Positions 47,754-57,063 of a stretch of 64,000 nt of DNA are shown here, piece after piece. The stretch covers positions 608,001 through 672,000 of the forward strand of contig CAWFQK010000004.1 in the NCBI GenBank assembly GCA_963817955.1, given 5' to 3'. The translations under genes were made by a program, and so were the position numbers. The notes under the pieces are model-generated. The model was not told the DNA's origin. It saw only the letters and a program-made list of their open reading frames with translations, and did no database searches. Each line of letters begins with the position of its first letter. The first letter of the stretch is position 1. This DNA comes from an uncultured Gemmatimonadaceae bacterium. Its GTDB lineage: Bacteria; Gemmatimonadota; Gemmatimonadetes; Gemmatimonadales; Gemmatimonadaceae.

Positions 47754-50345
47754 ATGCTTTCCTCCCTTCGCTTTCCGGTCCTCGCGCTCCTCGCCGGCAC
47801 CGCCGCGCTTGCCTCCGCCTCGGCTCCAATCGACCCGCTGTTGGGACCCGGCGTATCGCGTCAGCTCGCCACCAGCCGTGCAGCGTTGCTCAGCGACATC
47901 CGCTATGACCTGCAGCTCGCGCTGCAGGCACGCGATACGGCACACGGCGCGGTCACGATCCATTTTACGGCACGCCGTGCCGCCGACGTGATCGTCGACT
48001 TTCGCGGGCCCTCTCTGACTGACGTCCATGTCAACGGCGCCATCGCGGCGATCATGTTCAACGGCGCGCATCTGCGCATTCCCGCGGGCGCCGTGCACGC
48101 CGGCGCGAATGAACTGACGGCGCGCTTCACGACGCCGATCGCGCCAGCAGGCGCCAGCATCATCAAATTCCATGACGACAAGGACGGCGCCGACTACCTC
48201 TATACGCTACTCGTCCCCTCCGATGCCAACCTGCTGTTCCCGTGTTTCGACCAACCGGATCTCAAGGCGCGGATGACGCTCACGCTCACCATGCCAGTGA
48301 CGTGGCGAGCGTTGGCGAACGGCGTCACGGAACACGTGGACACGACGAATGGCGCTGCCACCTATCGCTTCCGTGAAAGCGATCCGCTGCCGACGTATCT
48401 CTTTGCGTTCGCCGCCGGACCCTGGCACGAATTCACTGGCGGCCCCCGTCACACGTCCCTCTGGGTGCGTGAATCGCGCGCCAAGGAAGTGGAAGTCGAT
48501 TCGCTCCAGGCGCAAGTCGCGTCGGCGCTCACGTCGCTCGAACACTACTTCGGCGTGACGTATCCCTACCAGCAGTTTCAGTACATGCTGTCGCCCGCCT
48601 TTCCCTTTGGCGGTATGGAGCACCCGGGCGTCACGATGTTCAACGAGGAATCATTCATCTTTCGAGAGCCGCCGACGCTCAACCAACGCCTCGGACGGCG
48701 CGCCACGATCTACCACGAAGTGGCACACCAGTGGTTCGGCGACTACGTCACCATGAAGTGGTTCGACGACCTGTGGCTGAAAGAAGGCTTCGCCACCTAT
48801 ATGGCGGCGAAGATGCAGGATATCGAAGGGCTACCGAATCCGTGGATGTCGTTCTACCTGCGGAACAAGCCCGCCGCCTACGACGTCGACCAGACCCTCG
48901 GCACCACGCCGGTGTGGCAGCGGCTCGCGAACCTCGACCAGGCAAAGAGCAATTACGGCGCGATTGTTTACAACAAGGCGCCGGGCATCCTCAAGCAACT
49001 CAACTATCTCGTCGGCGACAGCGCCTTCCGCGAGGGATTGCACGAGTTTCTCGTCACCCATCCGTACGGCAACGCCACCTGGCAGGATCTGCTCGCGTCG
49101 ATCGGCAGAGCATCACATCGCTCGCTCGCCGACTGGGGAACGCAGTACATCCTCCGGCCCGGCATGCCGGTGCTCGAGCAACGGCTCGATGTGGCCGACG
49201 GCAAGATCGCGCGGCTGATGTTGATTCAACATCCCGCGCAGCGGCTGTCGGGGCGCGGCGTGTGGCCGATGCGCACCGAGGTTGTGCTGTGGTCGCGAGC
49301 AGGGTCGTCGTCGATTCCCGTCGAGGTCCGCGCCGAGACCACGTTCGTCGCGGCCGCGGCTGGACGCCCCGCGCCGGACTTCGTGTTCGGGAACGCGAAC
49401 GACAACGCATACGGTCTCGTCATGCTCGATGCGCGTAGCGCGCAATGGCTTCAGGCGCACATTGGCGAGGTCCGCGATCCGTTTCTGCGCGCCATGCTCT
49501 GGGGCGCCTTGTGGGACCTGGTGCGCGACGCGCGCCTCTCACCAACACAGTTCCTTGCCGCCGTCACCCGCGAGTTGCCGGCGGAACACGACGAGCAGAT
49601 CGCCTCCGGAATGGTGGGGCGGCTCTCGCGCACGACGTCAACGTATCTGTCGAACGAGCAATCAGCCGCACTGATCGGATCGATTGAGAATTTGCTGCTC
49701 GCGGGCGCATCGAACGCCGCCTATCCGTATGGTATTCGCAAGAGCCAGCTCGACGCATATATCGGACTGGCCCGCACACCGGCCGCGACAGCCCGGCTCA
49801 CGGGGTGGCTCGACAGCAGCACTGTGGCCGGCATGCCGCTCCGGCAGCCGACGCGGTGGTCCATCGTCACGCATCTCATCGAACGCGGAGCGTCGAATGC
49901 CGACGCGCTGCTCGCCGCCGAACAGCGGCACGATACGACCACGAGCGGACGTCGAAGCGCCTTCGTCGCCGGCGCGGCGCGGCCGGCGGCAGCGGTGAAG
50001 CGCGAGTACTTCGGCCGCTACTTCACAGATTCCACGCTGAACGAGGACTGGGCCACGGCGAGCCTGCGTGCCTTCAACGAGCCGGACCAGAGCGCGTTGA
50101 CGCTGCCCTATCTCGTGCCCGCGCTCGATAGCCTGCCCTGGATTCAGAAGAATCGCCGCATCTTCTTCCTCGGCTCGTGGCTGGGAGGATTCATTGGCGG
50201 GCAGCGGTCGTCCGACGCGCTCAAGCAGATCGACGATTTTCTCGCGCGGCGCCCAACGCTCGCGCCGGACTTGCGGCAAAAGATCCTGCAGACGCGCGAC
50301 GATCTCGAACGGACGGTCCGCATTCGCGCGCGGTACGCGCGCTAA
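47754..50345 (+). CDS. Secreted M1-family aminopeptidase
   Basis: Signal peptide; FPCFDQPDLKA, GGMEH, HEVAHQWFG...WLKEGFATY, YNKA; ERAP1-like C-terminus. Confidence 0.93.
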   Translation: MLSSLRFPVLALLAGTAALASASAPIDPLLGPGVSRQLATSRAALLSDIRYDLQLALQARDTAHGAVTIHFTARRAADVIVDFRGPSLTDVHVNGAIAAIMFNGAHLRIPAGAVHAGANELTARFTTPIAPAGASIIKFHDDKDGADYLYTLLVPSDANLLFPCFDQPDLKARMTLTLTMPVTWRALANGVTEHVDTTNGAATYRFRESDPLPTYLFAFAAGPWHEFTGGPRHTSLWVRESRAKEVEVDSLQAQVASALTSLEHYFGVTYPYQQFQYMLSPAFPFGGMEHPGVTMFNEESFIFREPPTLNQRLGRRATIYHEVAHQWFGDYVTMKWFDDLWLKEGFATYMAAKMQDIEGLPNPWMSFYLRNKPAAYDVDQTLGTTPVWQRLANLDQAKSNYGAIVYNKAPGILKQLNYLVGDSAFREGLHEFLVTHPYGNATWQDLLASIGRASHRSLADWGTQYILRPGMPVLEQRLDVADGKIARLMLIQHPAQRLSGRGVWPMRTEVVLWSRAGSSSIPVEVRAETTFVAAAAGRPAPDFVFGNANDNAYGLVMLDARSAQWLQAHIGEVRDPFLRAMLWGALWDLVRDARLSPTQFLAAVTRELPAEHDEQIASGMVGRLSRTTSTYLSNEQSAALIGSIENLLLAGASNAAYPYGIRKSQLDAYIGLARTPAATARLTGWLDSSTVAGMPLRQPTRWSIVTHLIERGASNADALLAAEQRHDTTTSGRRSAFVAGAARPAAAVKREYFGRYFTDSTLNEDWATASLRAFNEPDQSALTLPYLVPALDSLPWIQKNRRIFFLGSWLGGFIGGQRSSDALKQIDDFLARRPTLAPDLRQKILQTRDDLERTVRIRARYAR

Positions 50346-50646
50346 TACTGCTTTGTTAGTGATACCGCGGACGATTGCCGCGGATGACCGCGGATGACTA
50401 CCGCCCTCGATCGGGCGAACAGACCCACGACCATCGCCCCCCCAATGAAACGCGCGGCCGCGACAGCCGGCCCGAGCGAGGAGCCGTCGCGTAGCCGCGC
50501 GACTGACGACTGACAACCGTTTTACTGATGACTGAAGACAGTTACCCGCTGTCCCGATCGCTTGATCTCGCGTAGCGCGCAGGGCCACGTCTCAACGGTT
50601 CGCGCCGGTACCGCCGCCAGCGCTGAACTCGGACAGAGCAGTACTA
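50343..50646. mobile_element. MITE-like element (~300 bp), copy 1
   Basis: Ends TAATACTGCTTTGT ... ACAGAGCAGTACTA are imperfect inverted repeats; internal 41-nt motif shared with copy 2; no transposase. Confidence 0.55.
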
Positions 50647-50699
50647 AGCGATCGGCGCAATCGACTGGCCATGGCTGATGGCCGATGGCCTCCTGGTGA

Positions 50700-51021
50700 T
50701 TCTTTCACTGCCTCCGCTGCTGCGGCGAGCGGCATGATCAAATTGGTCGGCAGGCCGCCGTCAATCAGCACAGCCTCGTGCCGCCGGGCGCTTCGGCCAT
50801 CGCGACCGCCGAAGCGAGCAACGGCTCCGTCGCGACACTGGCCTGCGGCCTCGTCAGCGAGCTCAAGTCCGGGACTGCCTTGAGCCGAATCTTCGCAGCG
50901 GCTGCGATGCCTTCCGTAGCATCGTCGAGCCGTTCAGGGCGGCGAACGAGACGGGGCGTGCCGCGACAAAATCTGCGCTGCGGCAGAGCGTCGCCAAGGT
51001 ACTGCCTTCACGGTATTTCGT
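50700..51021 (-). pseudogene. Degenerate gene for a helical hypothetical protein
   Basis: Protein-like pieces in successive frames: (ACG)KYREGSTLATLCRSADFVAARPVSFAALNGST / IAAAAKIRLKAVPDLSSLTRPQASVATEPLLASAVAMAEA / RRHEAVLIDGGLPTNLIMPLAAAAEAVKES. No intact start; at least two frameshifts. Confidence 0.45.
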
Positions 51022-51109
51022 ATGGCCTTCAGGTGGCCATGAGGACGCTGAAAAAGAACTGCACCACGGCGAGCGCCGGACGCGCCGGAGTAGGAAGCGA
51101 GCAACCGGC

Positions 51110-52368
51110 GTGAGACGTGTCGCGATTGCCGTCGGACGCGACGGAATGGTCGTCGGACGCGACGGAAACGTCGTCGGGAATGACGGAATGGTCGTCGGGA
51201 ATGACGGAATGGTCGTCGGGAATGACGGAATGGTCGTCGGAACCGACAGAGTCGTCTTCGGAAGAGGCGGTGCCTCGTTCCGACCGGTCGGTGTCTGCGT
51301 GAGAAGCGATGGTCTTGCCGGTCACGCGGGGAGTCCGTCCTCGACACGATGGCCTGCGCGCTTCACGATCGGGCGTGGGGCCTGCACAAGAGACGATTCC
51401 ATCGGCTGGGTCAGCTATCCCTGCTGTTACGTCAGCCATCCCTGCTGAACGCGAGCGACTGGGTCCTGAACGCCGAGCCATTGCCTGTGGACGCGGACCC
51501 ATTCCAGGTTGACCAGGATCTATTCCACGTCGACACGGGTCTATTCCACGTCAATGCGGGTGAGTCCCTCGTGGCATCGCGCGAGAGAGGTCTCAACGGC
51601 CGAGAGTCTGACGTTGACGGCGACGACTCCTCACGTGACGCCCGTCGATCCCTCCGGCACGGCGCGCAGTTGGTGGTGAGCACGCGGGCATCCGAGCTGA
51701 ACGAGCCGGAAAGCCTCCTGGACGGCCGCGAGTCCGATGTTGACTGCGAGGAGTTCGTGCTTGCACGCGAGCCGTTCGTGCTTGACCGCGCGCCGTGCCA
51801 TCTCACCACCGGCGAGTCACCCCTCGACGCGCGTGGGTTCCCCCTCAACCGGAAAGACTCCGACCTGACCGAGACGCACTCTCAGGTGGACGTCACGGCA
51901 TCCCAGCGAACGAAGCGAGGATTGTGGGTGGACGCGCGGGAGAGGGGCGTGGACGCGCGGGAGAGGCGTGTTGACGAGAGACGGTCCGGTGTGGCGCGAG
52001 CGGCATTCGGGCTCGACGCCGGGGTGTTCCCTCTTGACCGGAGCGACTCCCCCCTGAACAGCGGCTGGTGCGAGCTGGATGCGCGGGAGTCCCTGCTCGA
52101 TCGGCGCTCATTCCGTCTCGACCGCGAGGACTTCCACCTGCACACGCGTCAATTCGGTCTCGACCGCGAGGGATTCCACCTGCACACGCGTCAATTCGGT
52201 CTCGACCGCGAGGGATTCCCTGTGAGCAGGCGTCGATTCCCTCTGAACACGCGTGCATCCCCTCTTCACGCCGACCGATTCCTTCTCGGCACGGTCGCAT
52301 CCCCTGTGGGTAGCGATCGATTGCCTCTCGACATGGTCGCATCCCCTCGGGCCGCCGATCGATTGCTT
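51110..52368. repeat. Degenerate 21-nt periodic tract (~60 units)
   Basis: Near-identical GTCGTCGGGAATGACGGAATG units at 51128-51274; the register continues as [LV][DN]xxx[FS]x heptads to 52368; 42-nt duplication at 52117-52220. Confidence 0.85.
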
Positions 52369-52496
52369 GGCGCCGCCCGCTCGTCCCGCGATGAGCGTAG
52401 TCCTATTATTAGTTCCGAAAACGAGGGGTCAGCGCAAGGGCCAATGTGACCGATTGACCAAGATCGACATGTTGTGAGCGTGTCAGCGTTAGGACT

Positions 52497-52948
52497 TAGT
52501 GGAGAAGTACGTCAGGCCCGCGTCCCCGAACCCGCGAGAATGTCATTGGAGCGCTTACGCAAGAACTGCGAAGGTCACCAGCATCAGGGCGTCTGGCTCG
52601 CACGCCGGTAAAGCGGCGACCGGTGCAGCGCGGATTGGGCTCCGGATGCTGACTGGCTGGATGTCGCTGGCTGCTCCGTAGTGGTCGGCCCGCCGGTACA
52701 GCGCGCGGATTGGGCTCCGGATGCTGACTGGCTGGATGTCGCTGGCTGCTCCGTAGTGGTCGGCCCGCCGGTCGGCGATAGTGGCCTGCGAGCCAGACAC
52801 CCTGGTGCGCATGCCCCGTATACTCACCACTCACCACTGATAACTGATCACAGTCACCCGTCGTCCCGATCGCTTGCGCCAGCCCCCGCTCGATCATCCA
52901 CCGACTGCGCGGCAGTCGTCCGCGGGTATCGCCGACAAAGCAGTACTA
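52497..52948. mobile_element. MITE-like element, copy 2 (left end uncertain)
   Basis: Right end ...GGTATCGCCGACAAAGCAGTACTA is the inverse of the copy-1 left end; shared motif at 52836-52876. Confidence 0.45.
52628..52772. repeat. Two identical 70-bp direct repeats (75-bp period) inside 22-bp inverted repeats
   Basis: 52628-52697 = 52703-52772; flanks 52585-52606 and 52783-52804 are inverted (20/22 match). Confidence 0.85.
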
Positions 52949-53791
52949 GCGATCCATTGACGTGACGGTGTCCGCGTCGGCGTCCTTCCGCGAGAGCCAC
53001 ATGGGCTGCACGACGCAGCGGTCGAAACTCGCGCCGCCGCAGGTGGAGCGCGCCGACCGCTGCACCGCTCGACGCACGATGTCGGGGTAGCTACGACAGG
53101 TCTTGGTTTCGCGGCCGTGCACGCAGCCGTTGTAATGCAGCAGCGCGTTCCGCCAGGCGCCGTCGCGGCTTTCTACGTCGAGAGCGTTTCCCGCCACCCA
53201 GCCGAGAATGAAGATGCCGTACTTGAGATTGGTGGAGTCGGTGTGGATGTTCGTTCCGAACTTGTGCCCCAAGGCACTGCTCCACGGCTGCGGAGACACC
53301 TGCATCAGACCAATGGCCCCGACGCTCGAGCGCGCTGATGACCGGAGTTCATCATTCTCGGTGAGCATCACGCCGAGGACGAGCGCCGGAGGTACTCGGC
53401 GCGTATACGCCTCTCGAACCGCGACGTCGGCGAGCGTCCGCGCGCGCAACTTGTCGACGTGCCCGGTGCGCAACAGATCCATGGCAAAGAGTTCCCGATC
53501 GCGCAGGAACTGAGGTGTCCTGAGTGCGAGCTCGGTGGACCCTTGCAGCCAAGGAGCGTGGAGTCGTGCAGAATCCACGTACACGTGCTGAATGATCTGC
53601 TCGCCGAGCGGCGCGCGGCTCACGTAGTACGGCCGAGATAGGGTTGTCGATACGACAATCGCCGCCACACAACCGATGGCGAGCGCGACCTGCGACCAAG
53701 TGGAGTTTTTCTGAGGAATGATCTGCCTCCTGGTGGCGACGGACGAGACGTGCAGTAAAAGCGACCCCGAGCGTAGGGCGCCCACGTCCAT
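52946..53791 (-). CDS. Membrane-anchored lytic transglycosylase (SLT domain)
   Basis: LVLGVMLTEN (catalytic Glu), SSVGAIGLMQV, NLKYG, ALLHYNG; N-terminal TM; start uncertain. Confidence 0.85.
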   Translation of the reverse strand: MDVGALRSGSLLLHVSSVATRRQIIPQKNSTWSQVALAIGCVAAIVVSTTLSRPYYVSRAPLGEQIIQHVYVDSARLHAPWLQGSTELALRTPQFLRDRELFAMDLLRTGHVDKLRARTLADVAVREAYTRRVPPALVLGVMLTENDELRSSARSSVGAIGLMQVSPQPWSSALGHKFGTNIHTDSTNLKYGIFILGWVAGNALDVESRDGAWRNALLHYNGCVHGRETKTCRSYPDIVRRAVQRSARSTCGGASFDRCVVQPMWLSRKDADADTVTSMDR

Positions 53792-54016
53792 AGTCGTACC
53801 GGGCACAGCGGGAAACTGTTCCAATCCGCGCGCCCAATCTCATCCAAATGTTTAGCGGACAAGACCTTGTGTAATCAGGCTACACCCCACTGACGATCCA
53901 CGCAACCTCAGCCGTACATATCACATCCGACGGCGCGGCATCTTTCTTGTCCGCGTCCGTCGCTGGGCGCACGAAGCCGCGCGATTCCGAACGCGATTCT
54001 CACTCACTGACACCAC

Positions 54017-54829
54017 ATGGGAAGTTCTATCCCCTCGAGCCCTATCACCAGACCGCAGGAGCGTTCGCCGAGACCACGCCCGCCGCGCACCAATCGCAAA
54101 CGGCGCATGCGCCCCGCCAGCCGCTATGTCCTGCTCGGTGCGGTGCTCATCATGGTGGCGATCTTCGCGCGGATGATCGTGCACATCGCACGCACCGATC
54201 CGCGTGACGCACGCGCCATCGCCGAGCGCGAGTTACAGCTCAACACGTTGCAGCCTGGCGAACGTGTCTACCGCATGGTATCCGTGTTCAAGCGTCCGGC
54301 GATCGATTATTTCCGCGCCACGCGCGGCGTGCTCGTTCTCACCAACAAGAGGTTGCTCTACCTCGGTCTCGCGCCGCGCAATCTCCTCGCTGCGCCGGAT
54401 CTTCCGCCGACGTTCGAGGAACGCGACTTCCCCATCGACACCCTGGTGCACGTCTCGGCCGGACGAACTTTTTTCGGCATTGCGAAGGCAATCGTCATCG
54501 CGACTCCGAACGAAAGACTCAAGCTCGGCGTGCCATCAGGCGCGTGGCCGCAAGCAGAGATCATGATTGTGGCGATGGACGTGCGTCGCGACAAAGCGGT
54601 GGCGCTGAGCGCACTGCAGCGGCAATTCCTGGAGCGCGCCGAGGCACAGCGCCGTGCGGTGGAGGCCGCTCGCCGTCAGCCGAAGTTCTACACCGTCAGG
54701 CGCGGGGACGCACTCGGCAGCATTGCGACAATATGGAACACGACGCCGGACAAGCTGCGGGCATGGAATCGCCTGCCAACGAACACCATCAAGGTGGGAC
54801 AGACGCTGATGGTGAGGCCGGCGATGTGA
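54017..54829 (+). CDS. Membrane-anchored LysM protein
   Basis: TM YVLLGAVLIMVAIF; C-terminal YTVRRGDALGSIA...LRAWNRL...IKVGQTL. Confidence 0.85.
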   Translation: MGSSIPSSPITRPQERSPRPRPPRTNRKRRMRPASRYVLLGAVLIMVAIFARMIVHIARTDPRDARAIAERELQLNTLQPGERVYRMVSVFKRPAIDYFRATRGVLVLTNKRLLYLGLAPRNLLAAPDLPPTFEERDFPIDTLVHVSAGRTFFGIAKAIVIATPNERLKLGVPSGAWPQAEIMIVAMDVRRDKAVALSALQRQFLERAEAQRRAVEAARRQPKFYTVRRGDALGSIATIWNTTPDKLRAWNRLPTNTIKVGQTLMVRPAM

Positions 54830-54838
54830 GCGCTGGAC

Positions 54839-56182
54839 TCAGTTCTCGGCGTGTATCTTCGCCGCCCCGTCAAAGACCACGCGCCCGCGACACTCGCCGA
54901 AACCGATGCGCACCCGTCCGTCACCTTCACAGTGGCCGCGCATGATCACCTCGTCGCCGTCCTGAAGGAACGCACGCGTTTCGCCCGTTGGCAGTTGGAG
55001 CGGCTCAGTGCCGCGCCATGTCCGCTCCAGCAGGCAACCGCGCGACTCCGGCGCGACCCCGGACACTGTACCGCTCGCGAGCAGATCTCCCGGACACAGG
55101 TTGCATCCGTTGCTTGCATGATGCGTGACGAGTTGCGCGGCAGTCCAGTACATGTCGGTGAGGCTGCCACGGCTGACGGTAAACGGTGACATGTGTTCGT
55201 CGCGCATGCGCTGGGAGCTGATGGAGACCTCGAGCGTGACCGCAAAGCCTCCCTCGCGCGCATCACGCGCTGATGCAAGATACGGCAGCGGCGCCGGATC
55301 ACCGGCGGCACGCTCGAACGCGGCAGTGCGAAATGGCGCCAGCGCATCGAGCGTCACGACCCACGGCGATATGGTCGTTGCGAAGTTCTTGGCCAGGAAC
55401 GGGCCGAGGGGCTGGTACTCCCACGTCTGTATATCGCGCGCCGACCAGTCGTTCACGAGACACAATCCAAAGATGTGCTGCTCGGCCTCGTCGATCGGTA
55501 TCGGTGTTCCGAGAGCGTTGCCAGTCCCTACGAACACCCCAACTTCCATTTCGTAATCGAGCCGATTACTTGGACCGAACGTCGGAGATTCCTCAGTGGC
55601 TTCCCGGGTCTGTCCGCAGGGACGGCGGATGTGTGCGCCGCTCACGACAATGGATGACGCGCGTCCATGATAGCCGATCGGGACCCACTTGTAGTTCGGC
55701 AGCAGCGGATTGTCTGGACGAAACATGCGGCCGACGTTCGTGGCGTGATGGATCGACGCGTAGAAATCGGTATAGTCGCCGATGTGTGCCGGCCGTAACA
55801 GCTCCGAGTCTCGCATTGGTACGAGCACGCGTCGAGCAATCGACGCATCGCTGGCCAGCGGAGAGGCAACGCTCAGCAGAGCGCTGAGCTCGCGGCGCAG
55901 CGCACGCACGCTCGCCTCGCCCAATGCCATGAGGCTGTTGAGGCTCGACTCGCGACATCGGTCGGCAGCGAGCGCTGCTTCCCCTGCGAGCAGTCCCTCC
56001 TTGCGGCACGCGACCACATCCATGATCTGGTCGCCGATCGCGACCCCGACGCTCGCGGATTCACCGGCGCCAGCGCGCTTGAAAACGCCGAACGGCAGAT
56101 TCTGAATGGGAAAATCCGTCGCGCCATCATTGGCCGACTCCACCCACGAGCGCAGATCAGGTGCGTGCGTTGCGTCGAGCAT
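54839..56182 (-). CDS. fahA: Fumarylacetoacetase
   Basis: DFPIQNLPFG, GDYTDFY, PIGYHGRASS, LDYEME, NDWSARDIQ.WEYQPLGPF, SGTVSG, IGFGEC. Confidence 0.95.
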   Translation of the reverse strand: MLDATHAPDLRSWVESANDGATDFPIQNLPFGVFKRAGAGESASVGVAIGDQIMDVVACRKEGLLAGEAALAADRCRESSLNSLMALGEASVRALRRELSALLSVASPLASDASIARRVLVPMRDSELLRPAHIGDYTDFYASIHHATNVGRMFRPDNPLLPNYKWVPIGYHGRASSIVVSGAHIRRPCGQTREATEESPTFGPSNRLDYEMEVGVFVGTGNALGTPIPIDEAEQHIFGLCLVNDWSARDIQTWEYQPLGPFLAKNFATTISPWVVTLDALAPFRTAAFERAAGDPAPLPYLASARDAREGGFAVTLEVSISSQRMRDEHMSPFTVSRGSLTDMYWTAAQLVTHHASNGCNLCPGDLLASGTVSGVAPESRGCLLERTWRGTEPLQLPTGETRAFLQDGDEVIMRGHCEGDGRVRIGFGECRGRVVFDGAAKIHAEN

Positions 56183-56184
56183 GA

Positions 56185-57063
56185 TTACGAGAGAAGCAAC
56201 AACCGGCGCAGGTCGTTCACCGGATCGCGGAACGAACACGAACCAAACGACGTCGCAAGGTGCTGGCGCATCCGTCGCAGGTGCGGCGCGGTGAGCACGT
56301 GTGTGCCCCAGCAGATCGACGTCGATGTGAAGTGCAGATCGTCATCATTCTGGAGATCGAGTAACTGCAGCGCGTCGTCGTTGCTCATGCCGTGCGCCAT
56401 GAACCCCGCAGCGAGGAAGAGTGTGATAAAACCAAACATCACGCCGCGCGGTGCGGTCTCCTCGTACGTCAGCGGATACTCGCCCCGTAGCGGATGATGG
56501 AGCCCGGCGGTGGCTTTGAACGCAACGTTCGCCGTGGTACACGCGCGAATGAATTGGACAACCTCGCCGGGCGACGGGAACGCCTCCGCGGTGACCCCAC
56601 CGGTGCGAATCTTCGCGCGCATTCCCGCGCGCGCAATGGCCGGGACGAGCGCCGGCGCCTGGCACGGTGCGATTTCGACATACATTGCCAAATCGCCCGA
56701 CATGCCGGTCGCGGCGGCAATGGCATGCTCGGTTTCGAGCTTGGCCTCGAGCGAGCCGATCCGCGCGCGATCGCGCTGCATTTCGTTGAAGGCGCGCGCC
56801 GCCGCGATGTCGCCCTGCACATCTTGGCCGACGAGCGCCGTCAACGGCCACACCACATCCGACGCTGTGCGCGACGCATCAAGCGCCTCCGTGAACTCTT
56901 CGAGCCGTGCGACTGGCACGACGAATCGGCCAAGCATCCAACTCGCGTCGTCGGCGCGGCAGAGGGAGTACTGGCGAACGGCAGCCGGCATGTCGAGACC
57001 CGCTGGAGGAAACAGACCCGCGTAGTCGACGATGCCGGCCAGCAACGCCCGCAGCGCACTCAC
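56185..57063 (-). CDS. Conserved hypothetical protein (DYAGLFPP / KxRTGG / FKATAGLHH motifs)
   Basis: GTG overlaps the SET-gene stop; ends 2 nt before the fahA start; enzyme-like motifs. Confidence 0.8.
   Translation of the reverse strand: MSALRALLAGIVDYAGLFPPAGLDMPAAVRQYSLCRADDASWMLGRFVVPVARLEEFTEALDASRTASDVVWPLTALVGQDVQGDIAAARAFNEMQRDRARIGSLEAKLETEHAIAAATGMSGDLAMYVEIAPCQAPALVPAIARAGMRAKIRTGGVTAEAFPSPGEVVQFIRACTTANVAFKATAGLHHPLRGEYPLTYEETAPRGVMFGFITLFLAAGFMAHGMSNDDALQLLDLQNDDDLHFTSTSICWGTHVLTAPHLRRMRQHLATSFGSCSFRDPVNDLRRLLLLS

Noticed and set aside
51128..52772. CRISPR array
   Set aside because: Units are contiguous without unique spacers, the 70-bp repeat has only two copies 5 nt apart, and no cas genes are present.
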